The notes under the pieces were generated by a model. That model saw only the letters and a list, made by a program, of their open reading frames with translations, had not been told where the DNA came from and searched no databases. From the IMG/VR virus record IMGVR_UViG_3300045988_139374, positions 32,001 through 96,000 of that record: DNA of 64,000 bases; one strand, written 5' to 3'. Source of the DNA: a virus. This document shows, piece after piece, positions 10,308-17,922 of this stretch (within the stretch, counting starts at the first letter, position 1; each line of letters opens with the position of its first letter). The translations under genes were made by a program, and so were the position numbers.

Positions 10308-10634
10308 TAAGATGAATAAAATATGGCTCACGTTAAATTGCTTAAATTGCGGGGACAATCCCATAACCTTAGTCGACTACAACGTAATCAGAAATGATAA
10401 GCGTGATAGTGGCATGAGTTTTGAACTCAACAGCTTGAAATATAGTAGAGACCATAAGAACTGACTAAGCTAGGATCAACCGAGTGTGCAAGTCACTCAG
10501 ACGCAGCGAAATCTTCTATAGAAATATAGGTGAGACGTTCAACGACTATAATAGCAATAAGTTTAGTATTTTACTAAATGATAAGGTATAGTCTACTCCC
10601 GTACTTAAATATCGGGAAACCGAGGGTAGAAAGG
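10308..10634 (+). mobile_element. Group I self-splicing intron (ORF-less) in nrdD
   Basis: Canonical core elements: aaattgcgggg (P-like), gttcaacgacta at 10537-10548 (R) and aaggtatagtc at 10583-10593 (S). The 5' exon gtgggt can pair with intron ggctcac, with a U.G at the splice site. Intron ends in G. Splicing restores RRTCG-YIG. Confidence 0.85.
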
Positions 10635-10702
10635 ATATTGGAACTCAATTCTGGAATCAGGGACGTACTGAAGAGATTAAGGATAGAGTTCTTCATTTGT
10701 AA
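10635..10702 (+). CDS. nrdD: Anaerobic ribonucleotide reductase, exon 2
   Basis: With t10307 it reads Y-IGTQFWNQGRTEEIKDRVLHL-stop, the expected NrdD C-terminus after the radical glycine. Confidence 0.85.
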
Positions 10703-10722
10703 TTTTCAAAAGTTTTAATTTA

Positions 10723-10751
10723 AGAGGAGTGGAAACTTAATCCACTCCTCT
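10723..10751 (+). terminator. Hairpin/attenuator between nrdD and nrdG
   Basis: agaggagtgga/tccactcctct 11-bp stem followed by tttatttattt. Confidence 0.5.
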
Positions 10752-10774
10752 TTTATTTATTTGGAGGAAATATT

Positions 10775-11323
10775 ATGAATTATTGTAAGATTAAACAATG
10801 TGATATTGCTGATGGATTGGGAGTTAGAGTATCTTTATTTGTTTCTGGCTGCACTAATCACTGCAAAGGATGTTTTCAACCTGAGACATGGGATTTCAAT
10901 TATGGTTGGGAATTTGATAAGAGCACTGAAGATACTGTAATTAGATCTCTTAAACAGAATTATGTAAATGGACTTACTCTATTAGGAGGAGATCCATTTG
11001 AACCTAAGAATCAATATCCGTTATATCAGTTTCTTCTTAGAGTAAAGAAAGAAGTTCCTGATAAAGATATCTGGGCATATACAGGATTTAGATTTGAAGA
11101 TATTCTTGATCCTACTGCATATCCTCATACTAATTGTTCTGAAAAATATATGAATCTTATTGATGTTCTTGTAGATGGTCCTTATGAAGAAGAGTTACAT
11201 TCTCCTGCACTTAAGTTTAGAGGATCTTCTAATCAGAGAATTATTGATGTAAAGAAATCTATCGAGTCTAATCAAATCATTTTGGTACCGATTATTGATA
11301 GAGAATATAATCCTAGCCTTTAA
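10775..11323 (+). CDS. nrdG: Anaerobic RNR activating enzyme (radical SAM)
   Basis: CTNHCKGCFQ (CxxxCxxC) near the N-terminus. Size and position immediately after nrdD fit. Confidence 0.85.
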   Translation: MNYCKIKQCDIADGLGVRVSLFVSGCTNHCKGCFQPETWDFNYGWEFDKSTEDTVIRSLKQNYVNGLTLLGGDPFEPKNQYPLYQFLLRVKKEVPDKDIWAYTGFRFEDILDPTAYPHTNCSEKYMNLIDVLVDGPYEEELHSPALKFRGSSNQRIIDVKKSIESNQIILVPIIDREYNPSL

Positions 11324-11382
11324 AAATCTATTACTGAAGATACATCTATATACCATATAAAATAAATTTGGAGGTAAATATT

Positions 11383-11937
11383 ATGGATTTCACTAGTGCT
11401 TTTGTTTCTATGCAGCAGGGTCATAAAGTAACTCGTACCACTTGGAAAGGTTATTGGTGCATTCTGAATGGCGAGATCATTATGGTTACTAAAGATGGTA
11501 AAGCTGTTAATCTTCGTGAATCTCCTGACATGATGTATACCATTTCTAATATGCTCTGTGACGACTGGGGCGTATGTGATGATCGGGTGGTATCTATGAT
11601 GCCTGGAGAATCTGCTACTACAGCATCTAAGATTGATCCGAAGAATATTCGTAGTGATGCTAAAGTAAATAAGCATGAAGAGCAGAAGAAGAAACCTGAA
11701 TACACTTATAATATCAAGAAGCCTGATATTAATAACGATAAAGATACTTCTAAGGATGAGACTAAGTCTACTTCATATTCTGCATCCAAAAAGAATAAAT
11801 ACAATGCATACTGCAATGCAATTGTAGTAGATAATGAAGGCAAGGTTCACAAGATCACTCTGGACAATATTCCTGAGTTGAAACAGTTTGTCAAAGATGA
11901 TGACACTCTTAAGAGACTTATTAACTGGCTGATGTAA
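11383..11937 (+). CDS. DUF2829-like (Tad2-like) domain protein with Lys-rich C-terminal extension
   Basis: N-terminal ~65 aa MDFTSAFVSMQQGHKVTRTTWKG...LCDDWGV fits the remembered DUF2829 pattern (F..A...G.KV.R..W.G ... DW.V). ATG at 11383 follows ggagg. Confidence 0.45.
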   Translation: MDFTSAFVSMQQGHKVTRTTWKGYWCILNGEIIMVTKDGKAVNLRESPDMMYTISNMLCDDWGVCDDRVVSMMPGESATTASKIDPKNIRSDAKVNKHEEQKKKPEYTYNIKKPDINNDKDTSKDETKSTSYSASKKNKYNAYCNAIVVDNEGKVHKITLDNIPELKQFVKDDDTLKRLINWLM

Positions 11938-11959
11938 AAAATAAAGAGAGGTATTAATA

Positions 11960-13183
11960 ATGGGACTACTTGCAGATCGTTTTAGAGCTCAAATGGCAAA
12001 GACAAAAGACCCTAGAATGGAAGAAGCAAATGCAGACGTGCTATACCCCACAGGGTTTCTTCCGTTCGACTTTCTAAATGGATATCGAGTTCATGTAAAG
12101 TCCGAAACTGAGGACTTCTGGTATAATTCTGTAGGAATTGTCGATGGCTCGTCAGTAAGTTTCGCTGGGCGCTCGGGATCGGGGAAAACCACGGCGGCTA
12201 TTCAGATGGCTGCTAATATTGTTAGACCTTTTCCTGAGGCTACTATCTTCTTTGATGATATTGAAGGTGGATCTAATGCTACTCGTAGAGAGCTTCTGAC
12301 ACACTTTACTCCTGAGGAAGCTGAACAAAGAATCATTTATAGAAATACTGCAGTATCTGCAGAAAACTTCTATAAGAGAATTGCTTCTATTTATGAGATT
12401 AAAATGAATAATAGAGCAGACTTTGAATACGATACAGGTAAGCTAGATTCTAGAGGAAATAAGATTTATAAGCTTATTCCTACTGTATATATTCTTGATT
12501 CTTTGGCTATGCTTACTCCTGAGAAGTTGACTGAAGAAGAAGAACTTAGTGGACAGATGTCTACTACTGCTACAGCTAAGACTAATACTGCAGTATTTAA
12601 AAGAATCGTTCCTAAGTTGAAAGCTGCTAATATTATTCTATTTACTATCAATCATATCAATGATAAGATTGAAGTAAATGCTTTTACTCACACTAAGTCT
12701 CAGGTTAGTTTCTTGAAACCTGGTGAAACTCTTCCTGGTGGTAAAGCAGCATTGTATCTGGCAAATAACTTGATTCGTGTAGATGATGGTGCTAAGTTGA
12801 AAGAAACTGATGGTCTTGGAATTAATGGTAAGATTGTTGATTTTGAGATCATTAAGTCTCGTACCAATGCTGCTGGTAGATCTGTTCCTATGGTATTTGA
12901 TTTTACCAATGGTTTTGATGACATTCTTTCATTGTTTATGTTCCTAAAGTCCACTGGTGCTATTATTACTGGTGCTACTTGCTATCTTCGTGGACATGAA
13001 GATATGAAGTTTAGGCAGAGAGATTTTAAGAATAAACTGTTTAATGATCCTGAATTTGCTAAAGCATTTAATAAAGTTGCTAGAGCAGAATTGGAAACTC
13101 TATTGGGTAATCCTGAGGTTGAGGAACAGAAAAATATTACTCAACCTAATCAGAATATCATTAATAGTATTCTTGGATTGTAA
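11960..13183 (+). CDS. RecA/UvsX-family recombinase
   Basis: Walker A GRSGSGKTT and Walker-B-like VYILDSLAML. Size is typical of RecA-like proteins. Confidence 0.7.
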   Translation: MGLLADRFRAQMAKTKDPRMEEANADVLYPTGFLPFDFLNGYRVHVKSETEDFWYNSVGIVDGSSVSFAGRSGSGKTTAAIQMAANIVRPFPEATIFFDDIEGGSNATRRELLTHFTPEEAEQRIIYRNTAVSAENFYKRIASIYEIKMNNRADFEYDTGKLDSRGNKIYKLIPTVYILDSLAMLTPEKLTEEEELSGQMSTTATAKTNTAVFKRIVPKLKAANIILFTINHINDKIEVNAFTHTKSQVSFLKPGETLPGGKAALYLANNLIRVDDGAKLKETDGLGINGKIVDFEIIKSRTNAAGRSVPMVFDFTNGFDDILSLFMFLKSTGAIITGATCYLRGHEDMKFRQRDFKNKLFNDPEFAKAFNKVARAELETLLGNPEVEEQKNITQPNQNIINSILGL

Positions 13184-13198
13184 TAGGAGAATAGATAA

Positions 13199-13657
13199 AT
13201 GAAAGAAATTCTTAATAATAATACACTTAGTGTAATGATCTTTCTATACTGTGTATTATTTATCGGAGCAATATTGTGTATCATTAAAGATAATATTGTA
13301 AATGATAAAAAAGGTTTAAATCCTCAGATTGCAATGATTGTATCACTTGGAGTATTTTCAATTGGTGTATTGACTGTTGTCTGCAGATGTATTTATTTAT
13401 TCTCTTCTTTCATCATTACTAAGATTCTTACCAAAATGATTCGTAGTGATATGCTTTGGACAATTGTTGGAGCTATTGTAATTGGTGTAGCTACAACAAT
13501 TTACTGGCTTATTAAAATCGATGATCTTTCTGATAATAATCCTAATGAAGAAAGTGATCAGACTTATGAATCAGATAAGAATGATGAGATTGAACCACAT
13601 GAAGAAGCAGCTGTAGAAACTGTTGACGCTGTACCTGAAGAGCATACTAATATTTAA
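13199..13657 (+). CDS. Membrane protein with acidic C-terminal tail
   Basis: About four hydrophobic helices followed by a D/E-rich tail. Confidence 0.6.
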   Translation: MKEILNNNTLSVMIFLYCVLFIGAILCIIKDNIVNDKKGLNPQIAMIVSLGVFSIGVLTVVCRCIYLFSSFIITKILTKMIRSDMLWTIVGAIVIGVATTIYWLIKIDDLSDNNPNEESDQTYESDKNDEIEPHEEAAVETVDAVPEEHTNI

Positions 13658-13668
13658 AGCAAAAAACT

Positions 13669-13692
13669 GGTCTAGAGAGAAATCTCTAGACC
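13669..13692 (+). terminator. Terminator, copy 1 of an exact repeated hairpin
   Basis: ggtctagagagaaatctctagacc followed by ttttatttt. The identical 24-mer occurs at 17782 and 21081. Confidence 0.7.
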
Positions 13693-13722
13693 TTTTATTT
13701 TTATTTATGGAGGATATTTTAT

Positions 13723-14475
13723 ATGGGCAGAATGTATAATATCCAAAGTGGAGATATCTTTGGAAGACTAGTTGTTATTGGAAAAGCAGCAGATTTCATA
13801 GATCCGAAAAGTAAAAAGCATATGACACAGTATCTATGCCAATGTAGTTGCCCTGAAAGAAATACTGTAATTGTAAAAGCTAAGAATCTTGTAGGAAACA
13901 TTACTAGATCATGTGGATGCTTAAGACGAGAAACTACTGCTGCTAAATTTAATAATAAACCTATAGAAAATTATCCTCCTTGTGGATATTATGTAAATGA
14001 AGTAATCTATGCATATCATTATATGATTTATGAAGCTACAAGAGCTCCAGAAACTAAGCACTTTAATATTCCTGTATATGGAGAATGGATTAATTCTAAA
14101 ACTGGAATAAAAGCATTTTATGATGATATGTCTCCTACATATGAATTAGGATGTAAAATTGGTAGAATTAATGACTCTCTTGGGTATAGACCTGATAACT
14201 GTATTTGGGTAGAAAAGAGTATAAAACAATTCGATAGAATAAATGATATGGTAATTAGATATGAAGAATCTTCATATATGGTATCTGAATGGAATAGAGC
14301 AATGGGATATGAAAAGAATACCATAAGAGATAGAATTATAGATGGATATTCCTATGAAGATGCTATATCTGGAACTTATGATGATAGAGATTTTGATTAT
14401 GTAAATGCTATATTTTTTATGGACAAATATGGAAGACCAATAAATAATGAATATGCTAAATATATGATATTCTAA
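13723..14475 (+). CDS. Homing-endonuclease-like paralog (degenerate core)
   Basis: N-terminal FGRLVVIGK..YLCQCSCPE..SCGC module and IGRINDSLGYRPDNCIWV. The YGGRGI segment is degenerate. Confidence 0.55.
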   Translation: MGRMYNIQSGDIFGRLVVIGKAADFIDPKSKKHMTQYLCQCSCPERNTVIVKAKNLVGNITRSCGCLRRETTAAKFNNKPIENYPPCGYYVNEVIYAYHYMIYEATRAPETKHFNIPVYGEWINSKTGIKAFYDDMSPTYELGCKIGRINDSLGYRPDNCIWVEKSIKQFDRINDMVIRYEESSYMVSEWNRAMGYEKNTIRDRIIDGYSYEDAISGTYDDRDFDYVNAIFFMDKYGRPINNEYAKYMIF

Positions 14476-14489
14476 AAATAATAAGAGAT

Positions 14490-14501
14490 AGATATTATAA
14501 A
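14490..14501 (+). promoter_or_regulatory. Early promoter-like motif (AGATATTATAAA variant)
   Basis: Intergenic. Followed by the hairpin attaga/tctaat at 14506-14530. Confidence 0.45.
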
Positions 14502-14553
14502 TATGATTAGAGATTGATATTATTTCTAATTTATTATTAAAGGAGTGAAATAT

Positions 14554-15054
14554 ATGAGTAGACTAATTGATTTAACTGGACAAAGATTTGGTAGACTCTA
14601 TGTATTGGGTAGAGATGAAAATCATTTTGGCCATCCTTATAGAAGAGAGGCATTCTGGTGGTGTCAATGCAGTTGCCCAGAACATACAACAATTTCTGTT
14701 TGCGGTACTGCTCTTAGATCTGGTCATACTACATCTTGCGGATGCTACCAAAGAGAAAATAATCATAGACTAGTTACTCATAAAAGAGTATATAAGAAAG
14801 GACTTAGTAAAGAATATCCTGAGCTTCTTAAATATTGGGAAAGGTTGATGAAATTTAAGAAAGATTTACTCTGTGATAGATGGAAAGATGAAGAAAATGG
14901 TGTATATAATTTCATAGATGATATGAAAAATACTCATTTTAAGAGAGCAAGAATTCACAGAAAAGATCCACTTCTACCTTATAGTAAGGAAAATTGTTTC
15001 TGGGATTCAAGAAATTATATTGTAGATCTTCCATTAAAAAATAAGGAGTTGTAA
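14554..15054 (+). CDS. Short paralog of the homing-endonuclease-like family
   Basis: FGRLYVLGR..WWCQCSCPE..SCGC module, then LCDRW..NF.DDM..RKDPLLPYSKENCFW. ATG at 14554 follows aaaggag. Confidence 0.5.
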   Translation: MSRLIDLTGQRFGRLYVLGRDENHFGHPYRREAFWWCQCSCPEHTTISVCGTALRSGHTTSCGCYQRENNHRLVTHKRVYKKGLSKEYPELLKYWERLMKFKKDLLCDRWKDEENGVYNFIDDMKNTHFKRARIHRKDPLLPYSKENCFWDSRNYIVDLPLKNKEL

Positions 15055-15057
15055 AAT

Positions 15058-15507
15058 GTGTCTATTGGTTCTGTAATTCAACCTGGAGATAAGTATAATC
15101 ATCTAACAGTACTTGAGAGAGTAGAAGATAGGAAATTTCCTAATGGAGAAAAGAAACCAACTTTTCTCTGTGAGTGTGACTGTCCTGAAAGAAATAGAAT
15201 AGTAGTCATTGGAGAATATCTTAGAAATGGACATACCAAATCTTGTGGTTGTCTATTGAAAGAAGTTCAAAGTCATGTTGGAGATATGACTAGAACTCAT
15301 GGATTATCTAAAACTAAAGAGGCAATAGTTTATTATCATCTTACAAGTAGGCATCCAGATGAACTATGTGAAAGATGGGCAAAAGATAATCCTAATGGAA
15401 TGGTAAATTTCTATAATGATATGCACATCTCTTATAAACCCGGAAGTAGGCTCGCTAAGAAATATCCTACTGAAAATTATGGCCCCAAGAACTGTTATTG
15501 GCTATAA
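15058..15507 (+). CDS. Short paralog of the homing-endonuclease-like family (GTG start)
   Basis: LTVLERV..FLCECDCPE..SCGC module, then LCERW..NFYNDM..YPTENYGPKNCYW. GTG lies 9 nt after aaggag. Confidence 0.5.
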   Translation: MSIGSVIQPGDKYNHLTVLERVEDRKFPNGEKKPTFLCECDCPERNRIVVIGEYLRNGHTKSCGCLLKEVQSHVGDMTRTHGLSKTKEAIVYYHLTSRHPDELCERWAKDNPNGMVNFYNDMHISYKPGSRLAKKYPTENYGPKNCYWL

Positions 15508-15530
15508 ATTTTATAAAAGGAGATAAACAA

Positions 15531-17771
15531 ATGGCAAGTAACTTTGTAGATCAGGTTAGAGAGGCAGCCAGCTATTTAAGTTCGCCAGAACAGATGCTAG
15601 GAAAAGGTCTAAATATTCCTAATAATGCTACTAATAGTGGTGGACGAAAGATTATGGGTAACACCCATCAGTCTCATTCTCTAGTTCTTACTCGTGGAGA
15701 GATTCCATATGTAGCAACTGGCTATGAAAATAGATTTGGTGAAAGATCTTCTTCTATCATTCAGATGGATGATGATTATGAAGTAATCGCTAAGATTTCT
15801 AAATTTTCATATGCTCCTAACCATCACTATTATCTCATTCTCAGAAGTCTTTCTAAGAATGAATTAACTGTAGTAGAACGTATTTCCTATAAATATGTAA
15901 CAGAAGTTTATGGCTATCTTCATAATAATGCCATTATGGATAATTATAGTAACCCTGGTACTATTATTCATAAAGGCGATATTATTAGAAGATCCACTGG
16001 TTTTGATCAGTATGGCAATAAGACTAGTGGACGTAATATCAATGTTGCATATATGGCACTAGATAATAATATGGAAGACTCTGTTGTTATTTCTAGTAGA
16101 TGCAGTGATCTTCTGTCTGCTCCTTTACTTCGTACTGTAAAGATCATTATTAATGAAAATGATATTCCTCTGAATATCTATGGCAATGATGATATGTATA
16201 AGGTATATCCTGATATTGGTGAAGATGTCAAAGATGGCATCCTTATGGCATATAGAAGAGATAAAAAGGAAGAAGCAATCTATACTCAGTCTGTTAAGAG
16301 ATTGCAAGAGATTATGATGTCTGATGATAAGATTACCATTAAAGGTAAGGTCATTGATATTAATATCTATTGTAATAATCCTGAGTATATTAAGACCAAT
16401 GCATATAATCAGCAGTTCCTTGCATATTATGAAGATAGGCAAAGAATGAATCAGGAGATTGTAAATGTAGTTGGTACATTTGCAACTCAAGGATATAGTC
16501 TCAGCTATGACTTGAATAAAATGTTCTATACTGCTAAAGCTGAACTTGAAGGTAAAAAGTTTATTGATAAAAAGCAATTTAGCAATATTACTATTGAATT
16601 TGTAGTAATGGAAAATCGTAAGCTTGGTGTTGGAGATAAAGTTTCTGATAGATATGGCGGAAAGGGTGTTGTTTCTAAGATCGTTGATACTGAATTAATG
16701 CCTAAAATGTATAATGGCCAGCCTATTGATATGATCAAGAATTCTTCTACGATGTATAACCGAGAGAATGCTGGTCAGATCTTTGAGCATGAGATCAATT
16801 ATATTTCTATGAATATCTTAGACAGAATTAGAGAAGGCAATATGAATCTTCAAGATGCATTTGATGACATTTTGAAATTCTTGAGTCTTCAGTCTCCGCA
16901 ACAGTGTCAAGATATGAGCACCTATATCAATTCTTTGGATTATAGACAGCAGAATGCTTTTCTTGAGAGCATTCTGAACAAGACTTGTATCAATGTATCG
17001 AATAATCCCATTTCTGAAACTATGAATATCGATAAATTGATTACTCTCTATAAAGCTTTTCCTTGGATTGATGAAAAGAGAATCTTGGTTCCTATTGTAG
17101 ATTCTCGTGGCAATTATAGATTCATTCCTACCAGAAGACCTATGATTGCTGCTCCTCAGTATGTCATTCGTCTGAAGCAGTTTGCTGAAGAGAAATTCTC
17201 TGCTGCTAGTTTGTCTTCTACTAACCTTAAAAATGAGAATGCAAAGAGTAAAGCTTCTAAGAATTATAGAGAGCCTAACTCTAATACTCCTATTAAACTG
17301 GGTCAGATGGAATCCGGTGACCTGGATCATATGGGAACAGAATATGTTGTTATCAACCTTTTGCTGCATTCTCTGTCTCCTCATGCAAGACGTTTAGTTG
17401 AGCAGATTGCTATTAATGATCCTTACAATGTCAATGTTCAAATTGATACCACATCTAAGAATAGATCTGCAGAAATCCTTAATGCAAGATTGAAGATTAT
17501 GGGATATAAGATTACTTTCTCTAAGAAAAGAAAGATTAAGAGATATCCTATGATGCAAAATGCAGTAGAATTCCTTGGTAATCCTAATGGAATGACTCCT
17601 GCTATTGAATTCATGGATGAAGGATATGATTTTGATCATTGGTATAAGACTGTAGACGAAATTAAGAAGATCAGTAGTATGCTAGGATTTACTATTGATG
17701 CTGTATCTTTCTCTGATGATATAGAAGATGTGCAACCTGTTTATCCTAAAGATGATATTACTGAAGAATAA
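15531..17771 (+). CDS. Multisubunit RNA polymerase beta subunit, C-terminal half
   Basis: GGRKIMGNTHQSHS (compare ANRALMGANMQRQA), GDKVSDRYGGKGVVSKI (compare GDKxAGRHGNKGVVS) and GQMESGDLDHMG. ATG at 15531 follows aaaaggag. Confidence 0.8.
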   Translation: MASNFVDQVREAASYLSSPEQMLGKGLNIPNNATNSGGRKIMGNTHQSHSLVLTRGEIPYVATGYENRFGERSSSIIQMDDDYEVIAKISKFSYAPNHHYYLILRSLSKNELTVVERISYKYVTEVYGYLHNNAIMDNYSNPGTIIHKGDIIRRSTGFDQYGNKTSGRNINVAYMALDNNMEDSVVISSRCSDLLSAPLLRTVKIIINENDIPLNIYGNDDMYKVYPDIGEDVKDGILMAYRRDKKEEAIYTQSVKRLQEIMMSDDKITIKGKVIDINIYCNNPEYIKTNAYNQQFLAYYEDRQRMNQEIVNVVGTFATQGYSLSYDLNKMFYTAKAELEGKKFIDKKQFSNITIEFVVMENRKLGVGDKVSDRYGGKGVVSKIVDTELMPKMYNGQPIDMIKNSSTMYNRENAGQIFEHEINYISMNILDRIREGNMNLQDAFDDILKFLSLQSPQQCQDMSTYINSLDYRQQNAFLESILNKTCINVSNNPISETMNIDKLITLYKAFPWIDEKRILVPIVDSRGNYRFIPTRRPMIAAPQYVIRLKQFAEEKFSAASLSSTNLKNENAKSKASKNYREPNSNTPIKLGQMESGDLDHMGTEYVVINLLLHSLSPHARRLVEQIAINDPYNVNVQIDTTSKNRSAEILNARLKIMGYKITFSKKRKIKRYPMMQNAVEFLGNPNGMTPAIEFMDEGYDFDHWYKTVDEIKKISSMLGFTIDAVSFSDDIEDVQPVYPKDDITEE

Positions 17772-17781
17772 CTAAAAAACT

Positions 17782-17805
17782 GGTCTAGAGAGAAATCTCT
17801 AGACC
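17782..17805 (+). terminator. Terminator, copy 2 of the exact repeated hairpin
   Basis: ggtctagagagaaatctctagacc followed by a T-run. Confidence 0.7.
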
Positions 17806-17831
17806 TTTTATTTTTAAAAATGAAATTATTA

Positions 17832-17843
17832 AGATATTATAAT
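17832..17843 (+). promoter_or_regulatory. Early promoter-like motif AGATATTATAAT
   Basis: Exact 12-mer, 27 nt after the terminator hairpin. Confidence 0.55.
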
Positions 17844-17922
17844 AGTGATAGAAAGGAGAAAATGGTTTATAATTATTGGTTCAACTTCGAAATATAGACA
17901 AGAAGAGAAAGGAGAAACATAA

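Noticed and set aside
10308-10315. In-frame stop that truncates nrdD at ...RRTCGLR, which could indicate a pseudogene.
   Set aside because: The missing C-terminus is encoded intact 327 nt downstream, and the intervening sequence has group I intron core elements. An intron is the better explanation than gene decay.
15498-15530. ORF-track start of the RNAP beta C-half at 15498, and similar upstream starts at 6849, 7385, 11368, 14545, 51247, 52139, 53632, 60006 and 63079.
   Set aside because: These starts overlap the previous gene or lie inside RBS or hairpin sequence. A downstream ATG with a well-spaced GGAGG-type SD exists in each case.
17858-17897. attattggttcaacttcgaaatatagac resembles the intron R/S elements (ttggttcaacgac, gatatagtc). 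The encoded MVYNYWFNF also resembles the terL exon junction MVNYW/NF.
   Set aside because: Only about 10 contiguous nt match in an AT-rich genome, and there is no surrounding intron-like structure. I treat it as coincidence, though an intron or homing-site remnant cannot be excluded.
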